A stretch of DNA of 64,000 nucleotides from Octopus vulgaris (taxonomy: Eukaryota), in contig OX597831.1 in NCBI GenBank assembly GCA_951406725.2, positions 43,648,001 to 43,712,000 on the forward strand, read 5' to 3'. The translations under genes and the position numbers were made by a program. The notes under the pieces are model-generated. The model was not told the origin of the DNA, made no database searches, and was given only the letters and a program-made list of their open reading frames with translations. Positions 41,017 to 55,381 of the stretch are shown here, piece after piece; the first letter of the stretch is position 1; each line of letters begins with the position of its first letter.

Positions 41017-41788
41017 GCCTAGTTGTTAGAGCAATGGATTAGCGGTCCCTTGACTGTGGGTTTGAAATTCAGACCGAGCGATGTGTGTGTTTACGAGCGA
41101 AACACCTAAGCTCCATGTGGCTCCGGCAGAAGGTAATGGCAAACTTCTGCTGACTCTTTCACCACAGCTTTCTCTCACCCTTTCCTCCTGCATCTAACAG
41201 CTCACCTGTGACGGACTGGCATCCTGTCCAGGTGGGGGAAGCTCTATGCCAATGAAACCGGGAAACTGAACCTTATGAGCCAGGCATGGCTCAAGCAGGA
41301 ACAAACAACAAACAACAACAACAACAACAACAACAACACATAATCAAATGTGTTCAACCTAACTTGTAATGATTAGATTTGATTTGAGGGAAATCTGGTC
41401 GCCAGTTCTGAAAGGTGAAGCTGGTACATAGAAACTCGGTTGTCGTCTGGATATAAGATGTATTGTTTATGCTAGGAAAATGAACCTCTACATTTTGATT
41501 TGATATTTTAAAACTGATAAACCTTACTCAAGTTTATAAACTGAAACTTGAAACACAATCTAAATACCTTTTCAAAAAGGAATGTTTAAAGAACTGAAAT
41601 TCAGATTGGTTCTTGAATTGAAATTTAGCCATGAATCTCTTCTACTGCAAGATACCTACTTGTATCCTAGTGGTTCCCAACCATTTTTTGCCTATGGATC
41701 CCTTTGCATCCTGTTTTACTAGGGTGATCCTTCATAGCCATTCAATGTTTAAAAAATCCTATATATATTTTGATGATTAAATATTATA

Positions 41789-41953
41789 GGCGCAAGAGTG
41801 GCTGTGTGGTAAGTAGCTTGCTTACCAGCCACATACTTTCGGGCTCAGTCCCACTGCGTGGCACCTTAGGCAAGTGTCTTCTACTATAGCCTCGGGCCGA
41901 CCAAAGCCTTGTGAGTGGATTTGGTAAACAGAAACTGAAAGAAGCCCCTCGTA

Positions 41954-42016
<63 letters not shown>

Positions 42017-42220
42017 ATATGTTTGTCTCCCCAACATCGCTTGACAACCAATGCTGGTGTGTTTATGTCCATGTAACTTAGCGGTTCGGCAAAAGAGAAT
42101 AAGTACTAGTCTTACTAAAAATAAGTCCTGGGTTCAATTTGCTCAACTAAAGGCTGTGCTCCAGCATGGCCACAGTCAAATAGCTGAAAACAAGTAAAAG
42201 AGAGAGAGAGAGTAAAGAGT
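41789..42220 (+). mobile_element. SINE family A, full length
   Basis: ggcgcaagagtggctgtgtggtaag head through agagtaaagag tail; another + copy at 45801-46225. Confidence 0.85.
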
Positions 42221-42396
42221 ATTATTAGTAACTGTATCTTATGTGAATCTCGGTTGAGGTTCATTGCTTTAATCTCTCATAAACTGGCAAAAAACCCTCA
42301 CTACTACACTCCCACCTCAGACAAGGGGTCTCGTCTTGTGAGTCACTTTGTGATCTCACTTGTGACAGCACCAGTAAGAGGCACCCAGTACTTTCT

Positions 42397-42630
42397 TATT
42401 TCTTTACTGCCCACAAGGGGCTACACATAGAGGGGACAAACAAGGACAGACAAATGGATTAAGTCGATTATATCGACTCCAGTGCATAACTGGTACTTAT
42501 TTAATCGACCCCGACAGGATGAAAGGCAAAGTCGACCTCGGCAGAATTTGAACTTAGAACGTAGCGGCAGATGACATACTGCTAAGCATTTCACCCGGCA
42601 TGCTAACGTTTCTGCCAGCTTGCTGTCTTA
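42397..42630 (-). mobile_element. Nin/Deu-domain-like SINE (family D) nested in a family B element
   Basis: 16-bp TSD gcacccag(t/a)actttct at 42381-42396 and 42631-42646. Other copies at about 26170-26336(+), 62530-62750(-), 62780-62990(-). Confidence 0.8.
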
Positions 42631-42772
42631 GCACCCAGAACTTTCTGTGAAGTGTTTGGCATCTAGTTGTAGAAACCATGGCAGACATTGGAGCTTGTTG
42701 CAATCAGTAAGATTGTCAGCTCCTGTCAAACCATGCAACCCATGTCAGCATGGTAAACGATTGTTAAAACAT

Positions 42773-42826
<54 letters not shown>

Positions 42827-43945
42827 CAATGATGATATTGATAATGACAATGATTTAAAATTCTATTTGAAAAACTGACTTCAGTTTTTTTCCTACCCAT
42901 AACTCATTAAAGATTATGTAAAGGGAAACATTAACATTAAAAGGTTTATCAATTTGAAATTTAAAGAATAATAATTTTTAAAATTATAAAAACACACACA
43001 AAAAAAAAGAAATGAAACAATGAAACAACGAAATTGAAAACAGACAAAAAAACAAATGTGGTAGCAGGGTGGATGGAATAATAAAGCTTCTGTTGAAATA
43101 GATTCTCATATCTAGTATTTTCAAATCTGTTGCTGCAAATCCAAATAATTTGATTGAGTATCACAAGACACAGCTGTTATTAATTCTAAAATAAAGACTT
43201 GTAAAGAAAGAAAATATTGAAAAAAAAACCAAAAAAAAAAACCAAAAAAAAAAAAAGATACAAAATTGCCTTGAAAAATATTTTAATTATGTAGTTAGTA
43301 GTTTTGCTTAGTGTGAAGAACCAAGAAATTAATTTTCGGTGTGTGAATTAGAAAGGATTTTTCTAATGATGCCGACAATTGGCAAGTTATTTTATACATT
43401 CATAAGGAAGATGAAAAATCAGCTTGGTTTGATTAACATATCACTTGCATAGCATCACTTTCCCATCTTCTCCTTTCAAGTAGCATTGTATAAAGTACTG
43501 CTCATGTAAACCATACAATTCGCTGTAAAGGTTTACATAATACAAATCTCACAAAACAAACACTTTCTGATAGATGCATTTTAAAGGCATCTCAAAAGAC
43601 ACGGAAACAAAACGTAAATAAATAAATAGAATATGATAAAAATATATATGGAAAACGAAAAAAAAAAAGAAGATGATCGCATTTTCTGAAAGCACATGGT
43701 AAATTGGAATTGCAGCATTGTGAAAATATTTTCACCATCGAATTCATCCAAAGATGGTTAAGGAAATTATTAAATTCTAAATTAGATGTTGGCATTAGAA
43801 TTGAGTTATATAACAATTCAAAAATAAAGAATATTTTAAATTTTACCAAACTTAATATCTGGGGAAATAGTGAATAAGATTTCGTATTATACAAATAATA
43901 CATATTGTACGTGTCTTTTGCAGGCCTACATCTATGTTTGCCAAT

Positions 43946-43985
<40 letters not shown>

Positions 43986-44074
43986 TAGGTACACACACAC
44001 ACACATATCCATGCATATACATATATATAAATGTGTGTGTGTGTGTATACATATGCATAAATATATATGTAAGT

Positions 44075-44106
<32 letters not shown>

Positions 44107-45209
44107 GTGTATGTATGTAAGTAATATATATGCATACAGACACATGCACACACATACACACACATATAAATATATATATACACACAAACACATACACATA
44201 TATATATAAATATATATGCTAATATGTGTGTGTGTGTGTGTATACATATGCATAAATATATATGTAAATATATATATATATGGATGTGTGTATGTATGTA
44301 TCAAACTATATATATGCATACACACACACACACACACACATGCATACTCATATACATACACACAATCGTTTAAGCTTTGCTAAAGACAATAATAAACTGA
44401 CCTTCTCTAAAAAGCCTTATCTGCAGCATAGGAACACATATGTATGCACATGATTGCATGAGTGGGAGTGCATGCAGAGTGTAAATCAAATTTTTGAGGA
44501 TTAATCTACGATTGAACAGAGAATACATATTTATATTGAACAAAGTACAAAGTATATTTGAAAAGATGTAGGAAGATAATTCCGAAAGAGGAATTCTGTT
44601 TCACACAGAAGTTATTATACCGTTCACACTTTGCTGAATATAAATATTTGCGCACATACATATAAGTATTTGCACATGTACAATATATGCATACATACAT
44701 ACATACATACATACATACATACACACATACATACACACACACACATATATATGTATATATATATGTACATACATATACATATATATATACACACACATAT
44801 ATAAATATGTATATATACATATATATATATATATGTATATACACACACATATATATATTCATAGACACACATGCACACATAAACACACATACATATATAT
44901 GTATGTATATACATATATGTGTATGTACATACACACACATATATTTATGCATCCAGCATGGCCACAGTCAAATGACTGAAACAAGTAGAAGAATACAAGA
45001 ATATACATATATATATATATCTCTTTGTGTGTGTGTGTGTGTGTGAATATATACATGTATATATATGTGAATATAACCTTTCTGCTAACAATAGGATATT
45101 TAGAATTGATGCTGAATATCACAATTAGAGTTTTAAACGCAGTGGTGTACATATATGTATGTGGGTAAAGACATATATGTATACATGTGTCTGTGTGTAA
45201 GTGTATGCA

Positions 45210-45254
<45 letters not shown>

Positions 45255-45953
45255 GTATTTATGTACGTGTGTGTTCATGGAGTGGTTAGGAAGGGCATCC
45301 AGCTGTAGAAACACTGCCAGATAAGACTGGAGCCTGGCACAGCCTCCTGGCTTCCCAGACTCCAGTTGAACGATCCAACCCATGCTAGCATGGAAAACGG
45401 ACGTTAAACGATGATGATGATGATGATATATACGTACATACTTATATATACATATAATATATATATATGTGTGTGTATGTATATATATACACACAAACAC
45501 TGTCACGCATCCATACACACACTCACATTCACATAACACATATTACTCATCATGAAGGATGAGGTATCCTGCAACACTGCTCTCTCGACAGAAACAGTTT
45601 TGATACAGATGTTTTCCTACAGTCGCAAGAGACAAGGTTGGCAAACCCTCTTCGGAATACACTTTCGAAATGCCCCTCTCTGTTCACGTAATCCGTGTGT
45701 GTCTCAAATACGAGGGGGGACAATACATGGTTGAAGAACGTCAAAGAGCAATAAAGGGTATTTTCATCTGAATCAATACACGCATACATATGTACATATA
45801 GAGTGGCTGGGTGATAAGTAGCTTGCCTACCAACCACACGGTTCCGGGTTCAGTCCCACTGTGTGACACCTTGGGCAAGTGTCTTCTTCTATAGCCTCAG
45901 GCCGACCAAAGCCTTGTGAGTGGATTTGGTAGACGGAAACTGAAAGAAGCCCG

Positions 45954-45999
<46 letters not shown>

Positions 46000-46667
46000 G
46001 TGTGTGTGTGTTTGTCTCCCCCCAACATCGCTTGACAACCGATGCTGGTGTGTTTACGTCCCCGTAACTTAGCGGTTTGGCCGAAAGAGACCGATAGAAT
46101 AAGTACTAGGCTTACAAAGAATAAGTCCTGGGGTCGATTTGCTAGACTAAAAAGGCGGTACTCCAGCATGGCCACAGTCAAATGACTGAAACAAGTAAAA
46201 GAGTAAAAGAGTAAGAGTATAAGAGTATGTGTGTGTGTGTGTGTGTGTAGTTTCTATCATTATGCTTCAAACTTAAATTAATAATATTCTGTTTTAAATA
46301 TTTTAAACATTTTCCCAACTGTTTGCGTTACAATAATCACAACTCTTGTTTTTCAGTATTCCTTAATCTGATTTGTTTTCTATTTTTTAAATGCTAAATA
46401 TTTCTAGAATGTTCTTGAAGTTGATTTGTTTCACTTTTAGACCTCACTTATCTAATTTTTCTTTATTTTCTGGTTAATTAATTAAGGTAAATAATCTATT
46501 TTTGTTTTGGTGTATTCCTTAATTATTTTCATTTATATATATATTTACATAATATTACCTCTTTTAACTATACACAGATATGTGTGCCTGTGTGTGTGTG
46601 TGTGTGCATGTGTATTAGAATAAGAAATAGGAAATCTTTGGTACAGTATTATATATTTGAAAAAATA

Positions 46668-46766
46668 AATAGAAATGGTTTTTCTGATAATTTTTCCACT
46701 TTAATAATTAGATGTTTATAATCTAATTATTAAAGTGGAAAAATTATCAGAAAAGCCATTTCTATT
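46668..46766. repeat. Near-perfect 46-bp inverted repeat, 7-nt loop
   Basis: 46668-46713 versus 46721-46766, single T/G mismatch. Confidence 0.9.
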
Positions 46767-46864
46767 CATTTTCTGAAATATATACATGCATAAATATATA
46801 TATATATATATACACACACATATATATATATATACATACATACATACATATATATTTATATGCA

Positions 46865-46902
<38 letters not shown>

Positions 46903-47022
46903 TATATGCATATATGTGTGTGTATGTGTAAATCTCTCCCTATATATATATATATAGATAGATAGATATAGATATACATATATATAGACAGACATACATA
47001 CATACATACACACATACATACA

Positions 47023-47058
<36 letters not shown>

Positions 47059-48099
47059 TGTATGTGTGTATATATATATGAATCTCTCCCTATATATGAA
47101 TATATATATATATATGATGAGATAGCTAAACGTTTTGAATAAAGCATATATGCACAGATGTATATATACATACATGCACACTCACACATATATAGACGTA
47201 TAAGTGTTATATATGTGTGCATGTGTATATCTGCATGTGTGTGTGTTTGTGTGTGCATGTGTGTTTGACAAAAAATGTATAGCTGTCCAATAATTGCAAG
47301 TCTCTCTTCCAAATAAGGAAGTTTAAATTTGTATAAAACCAACTAGTAACCATTATTTGTCTGAGATATATGGTTCTTAATTTATTTTGTATTCACACAC
47401 ACACACACACACACACATTTATGTGCATAAATATATATACATACATGCATATGTATGCATATATATATATATATAGTCACGCATACATATTGCTAGATGC
47501 TTTACTGATAGGGATTAATTGATGAGTTTTAGGGTTTAACCGTTGCTAAATGCATACTATTTTACACAATATGTTGTAGGTCCCTTTTGATAAATTGGAA
47601 CAGACAAGTTGGTAGCTTTTAATATTGAAAATGGACATGACCCTTGCAACTTGGAAGGGAAGAGAGGGACACAGAAATTAATGTAATTAGTTTCAAAAAT
47701 GTGCGTTATTGTGCAGAAGATAATGACATTTTAGTCAGCAAATACAGCCTCAAGGTTAATTTGAGTTGAATATTGATGAGCGAAGGAGAGAGAGAAGAAG
47801 GCGGGAGGAAGAGAGACAGACAAACAGGCAGATAGATAGATAGAGTGAGAGGCGAACAGATAGATAGATAGAGAGTGCTATGAGGACAATTTGTGATGGA
47901 GCGAGGAAGTGGTCATTCTAGGTAATTAGGTCAGTGTTATAAAGTCCTTTGGCAACAGCTTTCATCACACTTTTAATATTATGAAAATTGACATTTGCAC
48001 TGATGCCTATGGCTAGGAAAAATTAGTCAAATCTATTTCCCAAAACACACAATGATGTCTCAGTCAGGGAAGGCTGGATTAGATAATGTAGTCCTGAAT

Positions 48100-48305
48100 A
48101 ACAGATGGGATAGCCATGGATGGAGCAGCTTTGATTATGGTTGACTTCAGGGTTAAACAATGACAACATAGAGGTGCCAAAAATAGGATTTCAGTAAATG
48201 TAGTAACAGATGGAATAGCCATGGATGGAGTAGCTTTGATTATGGTTGACTTTAGGGTTAAACGACAGCATGGTGGTGCCAAAAATAGGATTTCAGAAAA
48301 TGTAG
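48100..48305. repeat. ~105-bp tandem duplication
   Basis: aacagatgg.atagccatggatggag.agctttgattatggttgact...gccaaaaataggatttcag occurs twice. Confidence 0.85.
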
Positions 48306-50037
48306 AGATTGAACTTGCAGCCTAGGAGGTAGCAAATACCGCTTTCTGAGTTCACATAGCATGCCTCCCCACTGTGGCCATTAACAGAATCTCTAGGCAT
48401 AGTTGCCTTTGTGCTTCTGCTCTACATGTTAGAAATAACAACCAAATGCCATCAAATTACATCATACAGTATGAAAAAAGGAATAATACATTAGATAACA
48501 TAACACCTAGGTGCCTCAAGAATAGGATTTGCCATAACTGGAATGTCTTGATTATAGGTCAACTTGACCAGTGCTGACGTAGGATTAACCTTTTTTGTTA
48601 CCACATTTCTCTCAATATATGCTGCCTTTCTTTCAATTAATTTTTAAGATAATGAAGAATTTAGTAAAATAACTTTCTGATTATTAAGTTGGGATCTGGA
48701 ACAAATAAGCATAAAACTTTGATGGAAGATTATAATATAGATCACTTTAAAACAATAAGTTTATGTCAAAGAACCTGTGCTACATCCATTACAATTAACC
48801 CATGCATGTCGGAATATATAGAACTCTCCTTGGCTACTTTCACATCTGGTCTTTCAACTAACTAATCTGTCCTTTAGAGTTTAGACTGAGGAGAAATGAT
48901 AATGTCTATGACTTCTGAAGCCCTACTCCAACCCCCTAAAATTGGTGGGGACAAAGGCTGGTAGAAAGTGCAACTCACAGGTTGCTGCCATAGGTAGCAA
49001 CACATGAAGATAGCAAATCATTTTCAGATTAGAGACCCAGCTTTGATACTTGCAACAGAGGGAAGTTTGCTAATTCACCCAAGGGCTCAGGAACTGGTTT
49101 TAAACTGGGAAGTTGGTGGGGTGGAGGATGGTTCATAAGTTCTACCAACTGTCATTGTATGGAACTGTTTAACCAAGGATGACCTGAGACTATACACATC
49201 TGCAAGAACTCCATGCAGTCTTTAAAATGGGAACCGCATATTTTTTTTTTCAAGTACTAAATTATAGGGCAACATGTCATATAATGAAGATAAAATGGTC
49301 GCAACTAAAACGAGGTTGCATGCTAAAATTTGGATAAACCAATCCTCTGCATATTGAATATGTTGAGTTTACAGGTGGACCCTAAGCGCTAAATTTGCTC
49401 TGCCTCCAGGAACTTAGTCCATAGGAACCATATGCCTTAACCCTTCAGTATTCAGATTACTCTATCAAATGTAATTCTTATTTATTCACATTGTTTTGAA
49501 TTAATTCTGTATAATGTCAAAGCTTCAAAATTTCAGTCATATGATTCTTTATTTTTAGAATGACATTTTAAGGTAGGTGTCAAAGACTAGATCTGACCTG
49601 TTTGAACATAGAACAGGTAGAATATTCTGGCCAGATATGACCAGCTTAAAAGCTCAAACCTAGGTCCTAAATCTAAGAACAGAATGTTTCCAAATAGTGA
49701 TAAGACGGTTACAACTAAAAGCGAAGGTTGCATTGCTAAAGTTTGGCTCAAACCAATCCAGAGGATACGAAATATGTTGGGGTTTATTGCTTGACTCCTA
49801 AGCATTGAATTAACCGGTTCCTTGCTATTAGTCTGCCCGAGGAGAGATGAGGTATGCCAGAGTAGGTGGGAGGGTTCCTCAACAACTTCAGCACCATGAA
49901 CAATTATAGAGTGAGGGAGAAATAGATCATTAATGTTGTTTTAAGCTTTGCTCTTCGAGGAACATTCATTATTGCATTTATTCAGTGAAATGGAATTCTT
50001 TGAATGAGGCACTTATAGAAGTGATTAGTTATATGTA

Positions 50038-50096
<59 letters not shown>

Positions 50097-50284
50097 AAAA
50101 GAACAAAACAGGAATTTGGTAAGTCTTTGTAGCTTAATTAGTAAAGCATTTGGAGGATGTAGATCCCATAATAACCAATTTTCTTCTTCAATGGAAAAGC
50201 ATCCCGTTGGAATTCAATACCCTGTGTTACTTGGCTTCCACACCCTTTGTTTGCTATTAACCTGCACGTCTTTAAAATTCTATC

Positions 50285-50319
<35 letters not shown>

Positions 50320-50529
50320 CATACACACACACACACACACATATGTATATATGTATGCATGGTATAAGTATAGGCACACATATACACACATACATACATA
50401 TACACACATTCATATATGCTCATACATACATATATGAATGTATCTATCTTTTCATGTGTGTATGTGTGTTTGTGTGTGTGTATGTGTGCATACATGTGCA
50501 TATGTATCTGTGAGTGTCTTATTGTGTAC

Positions 50530-52260
50530 TGTTCTATGTCAACGGAGAGAAAGACTAAAGAAATATTTCAGTCGAAAAGAGAGCGATGCTTCACACAATC
50601 TCAGAAGGAACGGACTAGAAGAGGCAGAGAAACTGCAGGATAAAAGAGCAGCCATTTGGAACAAATTGAGGACAAATGAAAGCAACTGCAACAAAGACAA
50701 CTGATTCATGCAATTCTGTCATCTGAAATTTCTTTCAACTGGACAAGATCATTGATGTGGACATTTCCAAATTTATGGACACTTAAAGAATTACAAATGG
50801 AAGGGTAAATCAAAGATTCTTTGTTGCTGCAAAGGAAAGGTCAGTGTTGATCCACTGGCACACACTACACCCAAACTCAGGAAGTACTTAAACAGCGCTG
50901 ATCCTTGGCCATTGTTTAAAGAAAAAAAAGTTTAGGAAGTATAAAATTCTTTGGATTTTAGAACATTCTTGATTTGCAGTGTTGTTTATGTTTATTCTGC
51001 GACTCAATCTGTGTTGAAAGTTCAAGGAAACACAAACTTCAGTTTCTGTTACTATAAGGCAAGATCAAGAGGATAAAGTTTGCTCAGTTTTACTTTTAAG
51101 AATCTGATGATAAACTTCAAACTAAACTGAGACTGAAACCTAATCATTACATTTTGCGAGATCTACAAATTCAACAGTTAAATTGCCAGCTTCAAAGTAG
51201 CTATTGAGCTTCCTGATGCACACAATTTTCAGATTGTCCTTCATTCTGACAAAGCCTTGAAGGCTGCTGTTGTACATTTCAAATCTTGAATCAAAGACGG
51301 TTGCAATAATTCTAAGAATAATTGTGGGAAATATCATAGCAAAGATATAAGGATTGAAAGAATCAGTGTTTGCTATGAATTCAATGCTTCTCTTCCCTAT
51401 ATGCTGCTCTGAAGATACAGATGGGTAACAAAATGGTCTTCACAGAACTAATACAGAAGATACAAACACACGTGGATTATTTATACAGTTTCCAGGTATG
51501 AGGGGACGTTATCATGAAACGCACGAAACTAAAGCTCCGGTCTGCATTGGATGCATTAGCCATTGATGAACATGAAGGGTTGAATATGTTTAGCGCCACT
51601 TGAAGATAATTAAATCCAACCTAAAAATTTTTACTTCACAATAGAAATAGAATTACTATAAAGAAAAATTACCATATTTGGTGGGCGAGCAGCAATCATT
51701 TAGCCCACCTGGAATAAACATTCTTGTTTAGCTTATAGCCTTAACTGTACAATACTAAATCAACCTAAACATTTATGGATGTCAACATAATGGAACTGAG
51801 GTAATTCTTACTAACAGCTTTAGCAAGTCAACCATTTCCACTGTAAAGAGATGCATGGAGAGGAGCAAAAATGCTGTGTGTTATCCCATTATCTATTGTT
51901 AGGCCATAAATAATGGGATAACAGTGAAACATTTGAGGAAAGCCATCTACTATATTGTATTTACAAGTTCAAGAGCAAGGACACACAAGAAAGAATGTAT
52001 CTTATTAACAGGCTCTATTTTTTTATGTTGGAATCTTCAAGACCACAAGAATGTAGTCTCATAAAATGACTTGATGAAACATCACATTTTAGCGAAGTTT
52101 AAAGACATACATAGCCACAGATGAATGGGACTCCCATGAAATTATGGCAGAAAGCTAACAAAACCAGAAAATATTGATACGGTTGCCTGGTCAATATTTC
52201 TGCCCTAATCCAACAATTATTTCTATCCATTAAATCCACAATTTATTTTGGAGCAAATGG
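50530..52260 (+). pseudogene. Heavily decayed Helitron Rep/helicase remnant
   Basis: Frame from 50795 reads KWKGKSKILCCCKGKVSVDPLAHTTPKLRKYL...FKEK, then RKY after a frameshift, like the Helitron N-terminal KW..E....CC..GKV.L...P..L...F...IR.YN region. Traces of PIF1-type motifs downstream (NGT ~51789, KS.G.T ~51971, YVG ~52024). Many stops. Confidence 0.5.
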
Positions 52261-54689
52261 CCATCAAAGTCCTCAGCATTGTTGTTTTTTAGTCCCAGGT
52301 CATCCTTGACTGAACAAACATATGATCAAAAGAATTCCAACCATAACCAAGATCAAAAGCATTCCAACCATGACCATCCTGTCTTTTTAGAGTTATCAAA
52401 GACTACTTTATTCAATAAGCATTTTTCTATTGTTTTCTCATTTTTTTTTCTGAAGATGGTAGAGTCTGATTTGACGGAGATTTGGCTGCTACTTCTAGAG
52501 TGTTGTCTGACCACATAGTGGTTCTATCACTGGTTTGTGAGTTCTGGCATTACTCCAATAATTATTCTATTTACAGAGGGCATGTGTCATATGCTGTAAA
52601 TGAAAACTCATGAACTAAGATTTAGAAACCCAAACACCAGTGTTGACGAACCAATAAACACCCTATGTAGACTCAAGTATGAGATTCATAAAGATTTGTC
52701 TACAGTGTAAGAATCTATCAATTACATTGGCAAATATATTATATATAAACAGGTCGGATCAAATGTGTATGATCAAGAGACTGTCATTGAGAGCTTAAGA
52801 GTTGTCAAAACAAAGTACTTATTATCCAATGAAACAGTCTGTCATATTGCTTCATGTGAAAGCGACAATGAAGGGGGAACTGGTTGACTTTGCTGAGACA
52901 TCATCATCATCATCACCATCATCGCCAACATCATCACCAACATCACCATTACCATCGTCATGAGCATTATCAGCAGCATCGTCATTGACATCATCAGTGC
53001 CAGTATCATCATCATCACCATCAGCATCCCCATCAGCATCGTCAGCATCACTATCGTCATCATCTTCCTCAGCATCAACATCATCAGCATTGTCAACATC
53101 ACCACCACCATCATCACCATCAGCATCATCAACATCAGTATCAGTAATTTTCTATGAGTGGATGCCCTTCCTGTCACCAACCCTCACCTGTTTCCAAGCA
53201 AGGTGATATTTCCGCCATGGCTGGACATCTACTCACAAGGCTTCGTCGGCCAGGGGTTGTAGTAGACGACACTTGCCCAAGGTGCTGTGCAGTGGGACTG
53301 AACCCAAAACCATATAGTTAGACAGTGAGCTTATTAACCTCAAAGCCATCCCTCCACTTACCAATTAGTAAGAATTACCAAAGTTTCTTTGAGTTGGAAT
53401 CAATAAATGTTTAGATTGATTTAGTATTCTAAAGCTTTAAGCAGGGATGTACATTCTGGAAGTGTTAAATGAATTCCCTACCAATCCGTCAAAAATCATT
53501 TCATCTTTTATATTCTATTCATTTCATTCTTTAAACTGCAGCCATGTGTGTGTGTGTGTGGGGGGGCAGCCCCTTGAAGGGTTTTACTCAAACAAATCGA
53601 ACCCCAGTACTTATTTATTAAACCCTGGTGTACTTATTCTATCTCTCTCCCTTTTGCCAAACTAGCTAAGTTGTGGGGACATAAACAAACCAATTATCGG
53701 TTGCCAAGCGATAATGGGTGTCAAACAGAGATGGAAACACACACATACACACACTTGCACATATCTTACCAACCACATATACTTAATGTGTGTGTTACCA
53801 GCTACCAAATCCACTCACAAGGCTTTGGTCGGCCCGAGGCTATAGTAGAAGACACTTGCCCAAGGTGCCAAGCAGTGGGACTGAACCCGGAACCATGTGG
53901 TTGGTAAGCAAACAACTTACCACACAGCCACTCCTACTGTTAATTTTTGTTTCAAACACCAGCTTAATAATAGCAAAGTTGTTTTATTAAATTTTCCATT
54001 ATTTTTGAAATTATTTGAAATAAAGGCAGCATATTTCAACAGTTGAATATGAAGTAACTTGAGTGTGGTTTGTCTGCTATTTCTCACATGTAGAGCAATC
54101 CCACAGGAGTTCTCTCAAAAGAGACATGTTTAAGTACATGGTAAGATTTCTGTGGATCACATTTTATGATTTTGCTTCTACAATATTAACTGGACAATTA
54201 GATAACCTACAATTTTAAAGTTTAAAGCTTTGACTTCTGCCATATCTTTTCACTCTTAAACATTCCAGCCAACAATGGGGACTTCTGTATCAATGGATCT
54301 CAAATGGTGAACCACCAGATGTATCATGGAGTACAACAGATGTTTAAAGATATAATTTAAGTTCTTTGGAAAATCGATATAGAATTAATTATTTATAATT
54401 TTGTTATATACAAGACTTCGTAGTAACACAAAGGACATTTAGCCAGAGAAAACCTGCCTAAGTAAATACTGTCTGACCCATGCAAACATGGAAAATTGGA
54501 TGTTAAAACAATGATGACACAAGACTGCTTAACAACAGAAGCCAATGACATGGATAGACAGATGGGTGGTTAAAAAGTTTGCTTTTCAACCATGCAGTCT
54601 TGAGTTCAGTTCTACTTTAGGTAAGTGTCTTCTACTGTAGTCATAGTAGATGGAAACTGTAATCTTGTCAAATATATATATATATATAT

Positions 54690-55010
54690 AAACAATTGTA
54701 GTGTGGAAGGTGTTTATAAGCAATTTAAGAAACACACAAAACCTGTTCGATTCACTTCAACATTTAAATTTGATTTGCCAAAATATTTTCATCACTTTGA
54801 GACCGCGACCTGTTCACTGACAAAATTGCGTGAACAAAATTGTCAAAGCGATGAAAATATTTTGACAAATCAAATTTAAATGTTGAAGTAAATCTATCAG
54901 TTTTTGTGTGTTTCTTAAATGGCTTATTAACACCTACCACGCTGCAATTGTTTTTGTTCCAGCACACGATCTGAGATCAGGTCACTTGCTATGCAAGTAC
55001 ATCTCCATAA
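54690..55010. mobile_element. Second copy of the fold-back element with G3:C8 hammerhead
   Basis: Inverted arms ~54692-54824 / ~54836-54952; flank tcaggtcacttgctatgcaagtacatctccataa is the reverse complement of 18453-18486. Confidence 0.75.
54774..54824 (-). ncRNA. Minimal type I hammerhead ribozyme, G3:C8 variant (copy 2)
   Basis: Minus strand TTTGTCA-GTGAACA-G-GTCGC-ggtctcaaa-GTGAT-GAAAATATTT-TGGCAAA; stem differences from copy 1 keep pairing through G-U. Confidence 0.55.
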
Positions 55011-55331
55011 TACACATACACACACACACACATACATACATATGAAGGTGCATAGCCTAGTTGTTAGGGTGCTGCACTCACAATCATGAGATCATAATTT
55101 CAAATCCTAGACCAGGTTGTGTGTTGCGTTGTTGAGCAAAACACTTCATCTCTTGTTGCTTTACAATCTCTTCAACACCTGACACGTGGTACACCGAGCA
55201 CCTGTTCAGGTAACGTTGCTTTGTTGGAGGAAGTGAGCTAATGTACAACACATACATTTGATACACATCATTTGTACAGGTCATTCAACAAAAAAAGCAG
55301 GACACTCAAATGTTGTCTTTGGCAGGAGAGT

Positions 55332-55381
<50 letters not shown>

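Noticed and set aside
42961-43200. Possible minus-strand acceptor near 43185 and 67-aa ORF
   Set aside because: No donor site found; ORF ends in low-complexity T-rich sequence.
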